In this document: piece by piece, positions 19,783-29,562 of the stretch
Layout of the letters: every line of letters begins with the position of its first letter
How positions within the stretch are numbered: the first letter of the stretch is position 1
Assembly (NCBI GenBank): GCA_021838785.1
Contig: JAKCCV010000004.1
Coordinates: forward strand, 83,537-147,536
Origin: Acidobacteriota bacterium
GTDB taxonomy: Bacteria > Acidobacteriota > Terriglobia > UBA7540
DNA: 64,000 nucleotides
Direction: 5' to 3'
Notes under the pieces: model-generated
Database searches by the model: none
What the model was told of the DNA's origin: nothing
Seen by the model: the letters and a program-made list of their open reading frames with translations, nothing else
Translations under genes and position numbers: made by a program

Positions 19783-20024
19783 CCGCCGGCCGGGGCGCGA
19801 GGCGAGCCGACGGTTAGGGGTCGTTCGAGGGTTGGAGCGCCCAGCGGTTTTTTCTGAGAAAGTCTTCCACCAAGCCCATGTCGGAGGAACCGCACAGAAT
19901 CAACCGGCACAGCTCATCCGCTTGCCCGACGCGCGGGTCCACCTTGGCGGCTTGCTGATAAACCTCCCGAGCTTGGCGCGGGTGTTTCTCTTTCCACAGG
20001 GCGATGGCTTGGAGCACGAGCGCG
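19783..20024. repeat. 242-bp direct repeat D2 (native 3' end of the TPR gene)
   Basis: Partner of D1 at 18200-18442. Confidence 0.9.
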
Positions 20025-20929
20025 GCGGCGGAGCGTGGGTTGGCCGCCAACGCCTCGGCGCACTCCTCGAGCGCGGCGTTCAGGTGTCCCTGCTTCCAAA
20101 ACACCAGCGCCATCAGGTGATGTCCCGCCGCGTCCTGGGGATGGTCGGCGGTCAGCGACGAAGCCAGCTTCTGCGCCGCCGCCACGTCGCCTTGACGCAG
20201 CAGCGCCAGGCCCAGCTCCGCTTGCGCCGCCGCAAATTCGGGTTGCGCGGCGACCACCTGTTGCAGCATCTTCGTGGCCTTCGCCGCTTGCCCCGCTCTC
20301 GCCAACAGCTTGGCCAACTCAAATTCCGCCTGCCAGTCGCTCGGATTTAACGACAGCGCTTTCTCGAGAAGTTGTCGAGCCTCGGCGCCCTTGCCGGCGC
20401 GCAGCTCCAGGCGAGCCAGCGGCACGTAGGCCGCTTCCAACGTGGGAGCAACTCGCAGGGCCTGGGTAAAATCTTCCGCCGCTTCGCGCTCGCGATGCTC
20501 CGCCAGGGAAATTTCTCCCAGCCCGAAATAGGCCACCCCGCTTTTGGGATTCAAACTTAGCGCGGCCTTCCATTGCCGTTGAGCGCCCGCCTCATCGCCG
20601 GTTTTGAGCAGCGCCAGGCCGATGGCAGTGCGCGCCGACGCCTGCTCGGCGGGCGAAGTGGCCAGGGAAAGCGCCTGTCGGGCCTCTGTCAAAGCGCGGC
20701 GGGGATGATGCCTGGCAAGTTCCGCGTTCGCCAGGGCCAGCCGCAAGGAGAAATCCCGCGGATGCGCCTCGACCGCTTTTTGAATCGCCTCGAGCGACGA
20801 ATGGGAAGACGAGCTACCGCCCTGCGGCGCGGCGCGGCATGGCACGACGGCCACCCACGCCACAAGCCACAGCCACGCGAGCGCGCCCCATCCGCCGTGA
20901 CAACCGCGCGAACCTAGGCCCGGCGTCAT
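19814..20929 (-). CDS. tetratricopeptide (TPR) repeat protein, secreted or lipoprotein-like
   Basis: Multiple 34-aa TPR units (AYFGLGEISLAEHREREAAEDFTQALRVAP etc.). Signal-like GALAWLWLVAWVAVVPCRAAP. The ATG at 20929 was chosen because it lies 5 nt after the upstream stop; ATGs at 20965 and 21001 are also possible. Confidence 0.8.
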   Translation of the reverse strand: MTPGLGSRGCHGGWGALAWLWLVAWVAVVPCRAAPQGGSSSSHSSLEAIQKAVEAHPRDFSLRLALANAELARHHPRRALTEARQALSLATSPAEQASARTAIGLALLKTGDEAGAQRQWKAALSLNPKSGVAYFGLGEISLAEHREREAAEDFTQALRVAPTLEAAYVPLARLELRAGKGAEARQLLEKALSLNPSDWQAEFELAKLLARAGQAAKATKMLQQVVAAQPEFAAAQAELGLALLRQGDVAAAQKLASSLTADHPQDAAGHHLMALVFWKQGHLNAALEECAEALAANPRSAAALVLQAIALWKEKHPRQAREVYQQAAKVDPRVGQADELCRLILCGSSDMGLVEDFLRKNRWALQPSNDP

Positions 20930-20933
20930 CCCC

Positions 20934-21362
20934 TCAATGCGCCAGACGAATCTGCTTGGGGTCATGGATGACGATCTCCGCTCGCCCGCCGTAACTGACA
21001 ATTTCGCCCAACACGGCGATTCTCCGCCCTTCGAGCGCGCTCAGGTTGCCGAAACGGGATCGGTCGGAAGCAAAAATCACCGTGCTGAACGGACACTGAC
21101 GATAGTCCCGGCAAAAATCCAAAAACGTGTTCCCTGACCGCGAAGTGAAAACCCGCAACACCCGGCCCGTCACGCATCCGTTCTCGCCCGTGTGGAGAGC
21201 GGCTTGGTGGAAGTCCACGCAGCCGCCCGTTCCATTGGACGCGCCGGTTGAAGGGACAAGCGACGACGCTCGACGACGCCCCAGCCGATACGCTACCAGG
21301 GCGCTGAGCGCCGCTGCCGTCACCACCACCAGCCCAACTGCGGCCCATTGCTTGCGCCCCAT
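20934..21362 (-). CDS. hypothetical membrane-anchored protein, possible OB-fold domain
   Basis: N-terminal TM helix WAAVGLVVVTAAALSALVAY followed by a small beta-rich domain (VTGRVLRVFTSRSGNTFLDF...RIAVLGEIVSYGGRAEIVI). Confidence 0.5.
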   Translation of the reverse strand: MGRKQWAAVGLVVVTAAALSALVAYRLGRRRASSLVPSTGASNGTGGCVDFHQAALHTGENGCVTGRVLRVFTSRSGNTFLDFCRDYRQCPFSTVIFASDRSRFGNLSALEGRRIAVLGEIVSYGGRAEIVIHDPKQIRLAH

Positions 21363-21884
21363 CCCGCTCTCCCGCCCTTCGCGTCAAACGCCGTCGGCCA
21401 GTATAGCAGGGAGAAACGCGCCCGCGCTGACCACACAGAAGAACATGCGCTCTGTCACGCCACGCTCGGCGGCGAGCGCACTGCTGTAAGATCGGCGAGA
21501 GCCAGACCCGCGTACCAAGCGAGGCGCAAGACTCAGGCGCGGCATCGGCCCGCGCTTCAGCAGCGATTTCCAGATTCGGCGACCGCACGAGCCGCCACTC
21601 CGAGAACGTCGCGCGCTTTGCAGGTTTTCAGGTTGCGGAAGGTTTCGCGGGCGTTTGGCGGCTCGGTGTGCAGGGTGGGGGGAACGTTTGCAGGGTAGCC
21701 ACCGAGCCGCCTCGGAAGCGCCACTCATTTGATGGTCCTACTTTAGTTGCTTAGCGTTGGGCAGTCAGTGATTTTCGTCACATGCCAAACAACATTTCTC
21801 AGCCCCCACAGAAAATTCAAATAATTACGCTATCTCCTTTGGAATGAGGCAGATACATCAACAAAACGATTCCAGGCCGCCCCC

Positions 21885-24095
21885 TTAAAACCGAAACCGA
21901 TAGCGCAATTCCCCATAAATCTCTCGCGGGTTCACAAAATGCGTCCCGCCAAACGTATTGCTGTTGTCTAGCAAGTATCGAGCATTGGCCACGTTCAAAA
22001 CGTTGATATCCACTGACCAATTCTCGCTTAACGTTTTCCCCACCGCCAAATCCACTGTTGTGTGCGAAGGCAAATGCTTTGGGCCATTGCCATTCAAAAA
22101 TCCCGAGCCGTACTCCACCGCACCCGTCGCCCACGCTCGCCAAGGCAAATCGGAAGTAACCACGATGCTGAGCGTATTGCGCTGATCGTGGTCCAGGTAA
22201 AAATAGGACGTGGGGGCAAATTCCAATAGTCCGCCCGTAATCGGGCCTAAGCCCTTGGCAATCTGATTCGAGTAGGCGACATGGATTCGGGCGCGCTGGA
22301 AGAGCTCCGGCGAGCGAAGAATCACCTCATTGCCTTCAATCAGCGCCGCCAAATCCGTCAGCGGCAGGAAAATGTCTGAGTTCCCCAATTCATCGTGGTC
22401 GAGGAAATTCTGGGCGCTCGTGCGAAAATGGTCATAATTCAAAAACCAGCCGCGATGAGGAATGGAAACTCCGACGTCCCATTGATGGTCGCGCTCGCCG
22501 TGCAAGGGAATGAAACCAAAGCCTTGCTGAACTGCAAAATTGAGCAGCGGACCGGAAATTGTGTCGAGCGGCGGAGGTTGGTAGTATTGCGCCACATAGC
22601 CGTGCACGACCCAATGAAGATGGGGGATCCTCACGTCGGCTCCCAAGCGCGGGGATGTGGCCGTTTCATGCACCAATCCCGCGTACCTCGTCCATCGCAC
22701 GCCGCCATTGAGCGATAACCACCTCGTGGCGCGGTATTGGTCCTGGAAAAACACCGCGTCCAGATCCCCGGATGGGGTCAGGCACTGTTCGAGCGCGGTT
22801 CCATGAGCGGGATGGCTCGTAAGGCCAAAGAAGGTGTTATCAAATTGGCCGAAAGTTTCGACCCCAACCTCGCCGTTCTGCTTTCTCACAACGGCGTTCA
22901 GGGTTGCCTGAGCGCCCAGGTAATTCGAGCGCCGGTTGTCATTAAGGATGAAGGGCGTATCCTGGGGCCCTCCGACGTAATCCGCTCGATTAAAGTGGTA
23001 GAACGGCGAGACGTTGAGCATGACTCCGGCGCTGAAGGAGTGGATCCAGGAGAAATTGACAAAAGCGTCGCGCTCAATGTCCAGGTCGCGGATGCCGGCG
23101 GTTTGCTGCTCCGGCGTATTGGGGATCTGGTAATGATCACCTCGCACGGAGGCGACCAGGCGCAACTGATCCTCCGGGGTCGCGTTAAAAAACAGCGAAC
23201 TGAAGCCGCCCACGCCGCTTTCCATATCGTGCAGGACTTGGGCGACCGGCGTCATCAAGCCGAGATCCGACCGGTCGGCGTCCAAACTGCCGTAATAGGC
23301 AAACCGGTCGGTATGGTTGCCGAAGCTGAGTTGGTCATTGGTCTGATTGAAGTTGCCGAAGCTGGCAACCAGCTCGCCACTGTTGTCGTATTCAAACCCG
23401 GACCGCGGAATCACATTGAAAACCCCGTAAGTGCGGTCGCCGTATTCAGCCGAATAACCGCCGGTCGCCGCTTCGATATCGTCGGCATCCAGCGGGTCAA
23501 ATTGCGGTCCAACATTCGAAGCGATGTTGGTATTGGGAACGGGAACGCCATCCACCTCCCAGCTCACCTGGTGACCGCCGCGCACGTGGAGCATGTCATG
23601 CACCATGGTGGCCCCGGGAACGTAATCGGTAATCATGGCCATGCTATTAACCTGGTCGGCGCCGGGAGTGCGAGCAATCATCTTTTGGCTGACCAGGGTT
23701 TCTACGGCGGAAGACTGCGTGTTGAGCGTCTCCGGCGCCGCGGAGACCCGCACGCTCTGCCGGATGCTTCGAACCTTCAACTCGCAATGCAGTATCGGCG
23801 CGCTGCCAGAGGTGATGACAATCCTTTCTTCAAAGGGGCTAAAGCCCGGCGCGTTCACCTCCAGCAGGTATTCGCCCACCGGAACAGCATCGAATTCAAA
23901 TTCGCCGTAGCCGTTTGAGCGTGCCTTGCTCGACCACGACGAACCTTCTGCGTGAAGCACCACCTCGGCGCCGGCGACCGGCAGGTGCTGCGGATCATGC
24001 ACAATCCCGCGCACATTGCCAAAAATCGTTGCCAGCGCAACCGAGGCCGAAAACGCGAGTGCTAAAAAGAGAAGTGGACCGCTCCGCTGTGACAC
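21885..24095 (-). CDS. TonB-dependent receptor with CarboxypepD_reg-like N-terminal domain
   Basis: Signal peptide, then GNVRGIVHDPQHLPVAGAEVVL...GEYLLEVNAPGF (carboxypeptidase-regulatory fold). Plug and barrel follow, with C-terminal ...GELRYRFRF ending in an aromatic residue. Confidence 0.9.
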   Translation of the reverse strand: MSQRSGPLLFLALAFSASVALATIFGNVRGIVHDPQHLPVAGAEVVLHAEGSSWSSKARSNGYGEFEFDAVPVGEYLLEVNAPGFSPFEERIVITSGSAPILHCELKVRSIRQSVRVSAAPETLNTQSSAVETLVSQKMIARTPGADQVNSMAMITDYVPGATMVHDMLHVRGGHQVSWEVDGVPVPNTNIASNVGPQFDPLDADDIEAATGGYSAEYGDRTYGVFNVIPRSGFEYDNSGELVASFGNFNQTNDQLSFGNHTDRFAYYGSLDADRSDLGLMTPVAQVLHDMESGVGGFSSLFFNATPEDQLRLVASVRGDHYQIPNTPEQQTAGIRDLDIERDAFVNFSWIHSFSAGVMLNVSPFYHFNRADYVGGPQDTPFILNDNRRSNYLGAQATLNAVVRKQNGEVGVETFGQFDNTFFGLTSHPAHGTALEQCLTPSGDLDAVFFQDQYRATRWLSLNGGVRWTRYAGLVHETATSPRLGADVRIPHLHWVVHGYVAQYYQPPPLDTISGPLLNFAVQQGFGFIPLHGERDHQWDVGVSIPHRGWFLNYDHFRTSAQNFLDHDELGNSDIFLPLTDLAALIEGNEVILRSPELFQRARIHVAYSNQIAKGLGPITGGLLEFAPTSYFYLDHDQRNTLSIVVTSDLPWRAWATGAVEYGSGFLNGNGPKHLPSHTTVDLAVGKTLSENWSVDINVLNVANARYLLDNSNTFGGTHFVNPREIYGELRYRFRF

Positions 24096-24150
24096 AACAC
24101 CCTCCTTCGGCGGTTGCTTTCACCCGCTCGTCAATGATTTTCAACTGAGG

Positions 24151-24552
24151 CTATGGCAGAGGTCTCGGAGGGTGCTCGAGCAGCGTGGGAAATCCGGCCA
24201 AGCGTGTGGCGACTCGGATGGTTGGCTGGAAAGGAGCAACACATTGAGGAATGGGCAAAACGAGGCGCGGCCAATCGAAGCGCAAATCAATGAAGCTTAA
24301 AAGAAACAAGCTTGGGCCTTGGGTTAGGATGCACGTGCAGCCTTGGGTCTGCGGCGAACGCTGAGTATCCATCGGGCAAGAGGCTGGCATGGCAGCCTTT
24401 GTAGAGCGCATGGGACAGTGGCCTCCGTCGCAACAGCCACAGCCCATTCGCGCGCAGCACGAACCCGACGAGGGGACCAGAAGGCCAGGCAGGGTTGGCC
24501 CTCCCGCCATGAGAAGAAAGATGAGTAAAGCGCTTCCTCCGTACCGCCGCAT
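24151..24552 (-). CDS. hypothetical Cys/His/Met-rich secreted protein
   Basis: Signal-like ALLIFLLMAGGPTLPGLL, then SCCARMGCGCCDGGHCPM...SCPM...GCTC. Ends 55 nt upstream of the TonB-dependent receptor gene on the same strand. Confidence 0.4.
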   Translation of the reverse strand: MRRYGGSALLIFLLMAGGPTLPGLLVPSSGSCCARMGCGCCDGGHCPMRSTKAAMPASCPMDTQRSPQTQGCTCILTQGPSLFLLSFIDLRFDWPRLVLPIPQCVAPFQPTIRVATRLAGFPTLLEHPPRPLP

Positions 24553-24624
24553 GATCCCATCCTACCAGAAACTCTCCGTAGCCGCCGCGTCGCCCCGAAA
24601 AGGCCTCCGTCGGGTCGGCAGGCA

Positions 24625-25101
24625 TCAATCGGCGGGCGTGTCCGGCCAAACGTTCGTCAACGGTGAGCCCGCGGGCGATGATCCCAACCAAGACTCCCCT
24701 TCGGGCACCGCTCGGGATGGCAACGGAGCACTCGGTGGGAAAATCTCGGCTTCCCGTTCCATCGCCTCGCGCAACTCACGCAACTGGTTCTCAATCCTCC
24801 TCATGCGACGGTGCAGCTTAAAGAGCGCGAACGGTGTGGTGATGAGCGACTGCAGAAAGAGTAACAACACCATCAAGCCCGCCCCGATAACGGCGTCCGC
24901 GGCATAACTGGCCAATCGAGGGGTGGCCGAGTGTAACAGCACTTCGACGGCACTCGCTTCGGCGCGAGCGTCGCGCCCTCGCTCCTTTAATCCTGCGCCC
25001 ACACGGTGAGCGAAGTTGTGGCCGCGCGTTCCCACGAGCCAGGCCAATCCCATAAGCCCAGCCAACAACAAAACCTCTTTGACGGGAAACCGATTGCGCA
25101 T
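24625..25101 (-). CDS. hypothetical membrane protein with coiled-coil tail
   Basis: Two predicted TM helices (VLLLAGLMGLAWLV, VIGAGLMVLLLFLQSLI) and RRIENQLRELREAMEREAE. No family recognised. Confidence 0.4.
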   Translation of the reverse strand: MRNRFPVKEVLLLAGLMGLAWLVGTRGHNFAHRVGAGLKERGRDARAEASAVEVLLHSATPRLASYAADAVIGAGLMVLLLFLQSLITTPFALFKLHRRMRRIENQLRELREAMEREAEIFPPSAPLPSRAVPEGESWLGSSPAGSPLTNVWPDTPAD

Positions 25102-25509
25102 AGCTTCTCCTTATCTGTCCCCGCCTTGTTTGGTTGACCGTTGCCTCAACTCACCTCGCCGGGAGCAACAAAATCCCCTCCCCGCGGCACTTTGGCCAGG
25201 CCCTTTCGCTGGACTCTACTCATGCTCTTCGGAACACTCCAACGCCGAAGTCTTGGCGTCCCCGCAATCCCAGTTAGATGCGGGCAGAAACAGGTGGGAT
25301 TGCTCACCGGATATCTCCTACGCTCTGGCCATGGGATAGGATTTGCCATTTGCGGCTTAGGAGAGAGCATGGTACTATGGCGCTCGGATGGGGGTCTCGC
25401 GGTCACTGAAGAAGTTGGTGGCGCGCTTTCAACGAGAGGCCTGAATTCTTTTCTCGGGCCGCTCGGCGCATCGGAGCGCACCCCAAGCCAGTTCGGGAAA
25501 GGCCGAAGA

Positions 25510-27909
25510 ATGCCTGAGATTTCGCCTTCTCGATCCCCAAACCCCGGCACAAAGCATTCCTTGCTCGATGCTCGACGGCTTAGCGAGCTTTGGGGCTTTT
25601 TGTTTTTGGTGGCCGGTTTGCTAATCCTGCTCAGTTTGGCATCCCACTCGATGCTCGATCGCTCCCTAGATTCCACCGGAGGTCCGGGACCGGTTCACAA
25701 TTGGATCGGCCCTGCTGGCGCTTATCTGTCGGATGCGCTCGAGCAATTTTTCGGCTGGGTGGCCTTCGCGTTTCCCCTGGCCTTCATGTACGTAGGGGCC
25801 CGCTTGCTTGTGGGGAAAAATCTCGAAGCCCCGCGAACCAAGGCGGTGGGGCTGTTGCTGCTTGCCGGCTCGCTGATGGCTTTGCTGGACTTGTTCCCTT
25901 TGACGCCGCGGATCGGGGGGATGATTCGAGGCAGCGGACTCGGCGGCGTCCTAATCGCGATGGGTTTGATCCACATTTTCAATCGCCTGGGCGCTGCCAT
26001 CGTCAGTGGTGCTGTTTTTCTCAGCTCCCTATTCCTCATTAGCAGTTTCTCCTTCGGGAAAGCATTTGACGCCGTGAAAGCCCGTTGCGCGTTCGCTCAA
26101 CGACTCGGCGCAAAGTGGCAAGCCTGGCGGGAAGCCCGCCGCGACGAGCATCTGCGTCGGCAAGCGGAAAAAAGACAAAAAGCCGGCAAAATCCCTGTGG
26201 TGGTACAAAGTGCGCGAGAACTCTCCCCTGCCCAAAGGCCCAAGATCGCTTCCTCCGCAGCCGCGCCCGCCGCTGCCTTGGGAGGCGAAACTTTTATTCA
26301 GCCTGGCAGCATAATGGATGTTCTTCGGCCGCGCCGGACCGAGGCCACGCCCAAGCTTTCCTCCGACGCCGATGCGCCGTTAAAGCGCCCCCCCGAAACC
26401 AAGTCCCCTCGAGTGGTCGGTCGAGATTCTCATGCTTACAAACTGCCGAGCACGGCGCTGCTTCGGCCGTCCGACGCGGAAGAAGCTATTGATGAAGAGG
26501 AGTTGAAGGATCGCGCCGTGCGGCTCCGGGAGAAACTCGCCGAATTCGGGGTGCTGGGCGAAGTGACGCAGATTCACCCCGGCCCGGTGGTCACCACCTA
26601 TGAATTCAAGCCGGAACCAGGCATCAAATACAGCCGCATCGTCAACTTGGCGGACGATCTCTGCCTCGCCATGCGGGCCGAGTCCATTTTGATTGACCGC
26701 ATTCCCGGCAAATCCACTGTGGGCATTGAGGTGCCTAACCTCCACCGCGAAACCATTCATCTGCGGGACTTGATCGAGTCGCGGGAATTCGCGGCCGCAC
26801 CCTCCAAGCTGAGCCTTTGCCTAGGGAAAGACATCACCGGCAAAATGAAGGTTGCCGATCTCACTCAGATGCCCCATTTGCTCTTGGCGGGATCCACCGG
26901 CTCCGGCAAAAGCGTCTCCATCAATTCGTTCATCGTCTCGATGCTTTACAAGGCAACGCCCGATGAAATCAAACTTATTATGATTGACCCCAAGCGGCTG
27001 GAACTGAGCCTCTACGAAGGCATCCCGCACCTGTTCACGCCCATTGTCACCGAGCCGAAAGTTGCCGCCAACGTGCTCCGCCGAGCCACCCTCGAAATGG
27101 AAGAGCGACTCAAGAAGCTGGCAACGCAAGGCGTTCGCAATATTGAGCAATACAACAAAATTTTTGAAGACGAGCCCACCGGAAATCTCTTCGAGCCCAA
27201 GGATGGCACGCCCGGTCCTTTGCCCTATCTGGTGATTATCATTGACGAATTGGCCGATTTGATGATGGTCGAGCCGCAAGGGGTTGAGGAATCCATCACT
27301 CGCCTTGCCCAAATGGCCCGGGCCGTCGGAATCCATTTGATTCTTTCAACCCAGCGGCCGTCCGTGGATGTCATCACCGGCCTCATCAAAGCCAACTTGC
27401 CCTCTCGCATTGCGTTCCGTGTGGCCTCCAAGGTGGACTCCAGAACGATCCTGGACTCAAACGGCGCCGAAGCGTTGCTCGGTCGAGGCGACATGCTCTT
27501 TTTGCCGCCCGGCAGCGCCCGCCTGCAACGCCTGCATAGCTGCCTGGTCACTGAGACCGAGATTGAAAAAGTTGTGGATTGGTGGAAGTCGCAATCGAAG
27601 CCGCAATACCATGAGGAGTTCCTGCAACCGCTGAAGGACAAAGAGGCTTCTGACGATGCCACAGGGGATGAAGAAGAAGACACGGAGCTCGATGAAGTTT
27701 ATGACGAAGCCGTTCGCTTGGTGGTGGAATCCGGCAAGGCTTCCACTTCATTATTGCAGCGTCGGCTGCGGCTGGGGTACGGCAGGGCGGCGCGTTTGAT
27801 TGATATGATGGAAAAAGACGGAATTGTCAGCGCGGCGGACGGTTCCAAACCGCGTGAAGTTCTGAAACGACCGGATTGGATTCAAGAGATTGACAAATCC
27901 CTCCGATAG
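25510..27909 (+). CDS. ftsK: DNA translocase FtsK/SpoIIIE
   Basis: N-terminal TM helices. Motor domain with Walker A LLLAGSTGSGKSVSIN and Walker B YLVIIIDELADLMM. C-terminal gamma domain ASTSLLQRRLRLGYGRAARLIDMMEKDGIVS. ATG at 25510 chosen. Confidence 0.95.
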   Translation: MPEISPSRSPNPGTKHSLLDARRLSELWGFLFLVAGLLILLSLASHSMLDRSLDSTGGPGPVHNWIGPAGAYLSDALEQFFGWVAFAFPLAFMYVGARLLVGKNLEAPRTKAVGLLLLAGSLMALLDLFPLTPRIGGMIRGSGLGGVLIAMGLIHIFNRLGAAIVSGAVFLSSLFLISSFSFGKAFDAVKARCAFAQRLGAKWQAWREARRDEHLRRQAEKRQKAGKIPVVVQSARELSPAQRPKIASSAAAPAAALGGETFIQPGSIMDVLRPRRTEATPKLSSDADAPLKRPPETKSPRVVGRDSHAYKLPSTALLRPSDAEEAIDEEELKDRAVRLREKLAEFGVLGEVTQIHPGPVVTTYEFKPEPGIKYSRIVNLADDLCLAMRAESILIDRIPGKSTVGIEVPNLHRETIHLRDLIESREFAAAPSKLSLCLGKDITGKMKVADLTQMPHLLLAGSTGSGKSVSINSFIVSMLYKATPDEIKLIMIDPKRLELSLYEGIPHLFTPIVTEPKVAANVLRRATLEMEERLKKLATQGVRNIEQYNKIFEDEPTGNLFEPKDGTPGPLPYLVIIIDELADLMMVEPQGVEESITRLAQMARAVGIHLILSTQRPSVDVITGLIKANLPSRIAFRVASKVDSRTILDSNGAEALLGRGDMLFLPPGSARLQRLHSCLVTETEIEKVVDWWKSQSKPQYHEEFLQPLKDKEASDDATGDEEEDTELDEVYDEAVRLVVESGKASTSLLQRRLRLGYGRAARLIDMMEKDGIVSAADGSKPREVLKRPDWIQEIDKSLR

Positions 27910-28039
27910 CTTTAGTTTGAGGACTTTCGGCAGCGTCTCCGGAAGGGCAGAAAGCCTCCATATCGCAGGCGAAGACCCCAAGGTGGGCAGCGTTGAGCTC
28001 GGCGGGACAGCGAGTTAAGGCCAGAGGGGAGACCCAAAC

Positions 28040-28384
28040 ATGGCAAATGTCGAGTCCAGCAATCGGCGCCGCAGCGGTCGCGTGGCGCATAAAATGCCTG
28101 TCATCTTGAGCGGCGTGGACCGCGACGGGTTCAATTTCGGAGAGGAAACCGAAACCGTCAGCATCAGCAAGCATGGCGCCGCCGTCCGAAGCGCCTATGA
28201 CCTTCGCTTGGGGCAAGAGGTTTCCGTCCGCACTAAAGACACGCATCGCGTCGGACAATTTGTGGTCGTTTGGGTTGGACAGCCTGGCACCCCCGGCCAA
28301 GGCCAGGTAGGCCTCGAGTGGGTGGAGGCTCGCCGATTTTGGGGCATTGATTTTCCGCCCGACGATTGGGAATCGGACGAGTAA
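28040..28384 (+). CDS. PilZ-domain protein
   Basis: N-terminal RRRSGR (RxxxR-type) and downstream TVSISKHGAAV (DxSxxG-like) motifs in a 114-aa protein. Confidence 0.65.
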   Translation: MANVESSNRRRSGRVAHKMPVILSGVDRDGFNFGEETETVSISKHGAAVRSAYDLRLGQEVSVRTKDTHRVGQFVVVWVGQPGTPGQGQVGLEWVEARRFWGIDFPPDDWESDE

Positions 28385-28494
28385 CCTCGCCGCCCCTTTG
28401 GTGGCGCTTCCCCCATCGGGCGGCGCGCGAGCGAAGCATTCTATCTCTTTGCTGTCGCTGGGTAATTGAGGGGCTGAAAATCCCGCGACATTTC

Positions 28495-28523
28495 TTGACA
28501 GCGCGCCGATTCCGTCTGACAAT
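28495..28523 (+). promoter_or_regulatory. sigma-70-like promoter for tRNA-Phe
   Basis: TTGACA (28495-28500), 17-nt spacer, GACAAT (28518-28523), 12 nt before the tRNA 5' end. Confidence 0.45.
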
Positions 28524-28535
28524 CATCTTTCAGTC

Positions 28536-28611
28536 GCCGCGGTAGCTCAGGTGGTAGAGCGCAGCCCTGAAAAGGCTGGCGTCGGCGGTTCAACTCCGTC
28601 CCGCGGCACCA
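28536..28611 (+). tRNA. tRNA-Phe (anticodon GAA)
   Basis: Acceptor stem GCCGCGG/CCGCGGC. D-arm TAGCTCAGGTGGTAGAGC. Anticodon stem-loop CAGCC-CTGAAAA-GGCTG. T-arm GGCGGTTCAACTCCGTC. CCA is encoded. Confidence 0.92.
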
Positions 28612-29019
28612 TCTTTTCAAGCACTTAGCCCGCATTTCTCAGAGAAGAATTGAAAAGGGGCTGTCGCTTCATGGCATAAGTGAAAAACTTGGACCCAAGA
28701 AGGAGGGCGCCTTTTGCAGATACGGGGTAACCAAAAATCCTTCCAATTCCATCCCCGTTTTCATCGCGAGGTGCGGGGCCGGAAGTAGCGGCTGGCCAAC
28801 CGTAGGTTGGCCAGCCAGCGTTTTTGGCGGGCCTTACGCCGGGACATAGCCTGCTCGAAGAATCAGGTCGGCGGCGCGGAAGATCCGTCGGCCTGGCTTC
28901 CTGAATGCCTTCGCATCCAAATCGAACGTGAGCTGTCGAAGCCAACATCTCGAATTTTATTTAGAAATCAAGGCTGTGCGGAAGTCAAAAGAGTGCATTT
29001 TGGACTGAGAAAGACTACT

Positions 29020-29562
29020 ATGTGGGCCATGGGAGCGACTATCGTGAAAACCGGATCGGTAGCCGAAAGTGAAAGCCGGCCGCATCCCGTTTACGAAACG
29101 AACCTGGGCAAAATGTATCTCGGTAAATCGGAGGAATTGCTCCTTCGGCATCCTCTCTGCCTTAAGAGGAATCAGGTTCAGCTAATTTTCACTTCCCCGC
29201 CGTTCCCGAAACCGTTTCCTAAGTCTGGAATTTTCCCTTTTCTGGAGGTTGAAACGGCCGCTCTCGGACGCTCGCTCGTCACCGTGGCCCTCCCAGCCTT
29301 TATCTCCCCGCTCGGGGCGTGCGCAAAGCGGACTCCTAAGTTTTCCCATTGCAAGTCGCCCAGCTATGAGGGCATCTGCGATCCTTACGTGCCGGGAACA
29401 ATCATCATGTTCAGGAACAAGAAGCCGATCCTGGTCATCAACGCCTGGCAGGACCGACCCGATGAGGGCAGAGCTGACCGGGAAGTGCTGGCTAGGGTGA
29501 GCGCAGGCCGCAGCGACGGGCGAAGTATTCGAATGATGAGTTTCGCCTCGTCGCAGTGTTGA
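29020..29562 (+). pseudogene. decayed N4/N6 DNA methyltransferase remnant
   Basis: YETNLGKMYLGKSEELL...VQLIFTSPPFP is a typical N-terminal target-module/motif IV of beta-class SPPF methyltransferases. No AdoMet FxGxG motif follows, the sequence degenerates, and the ORF runs into the convergent gene at 29492. The region looks lower in GC. Confidence 0.4.
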
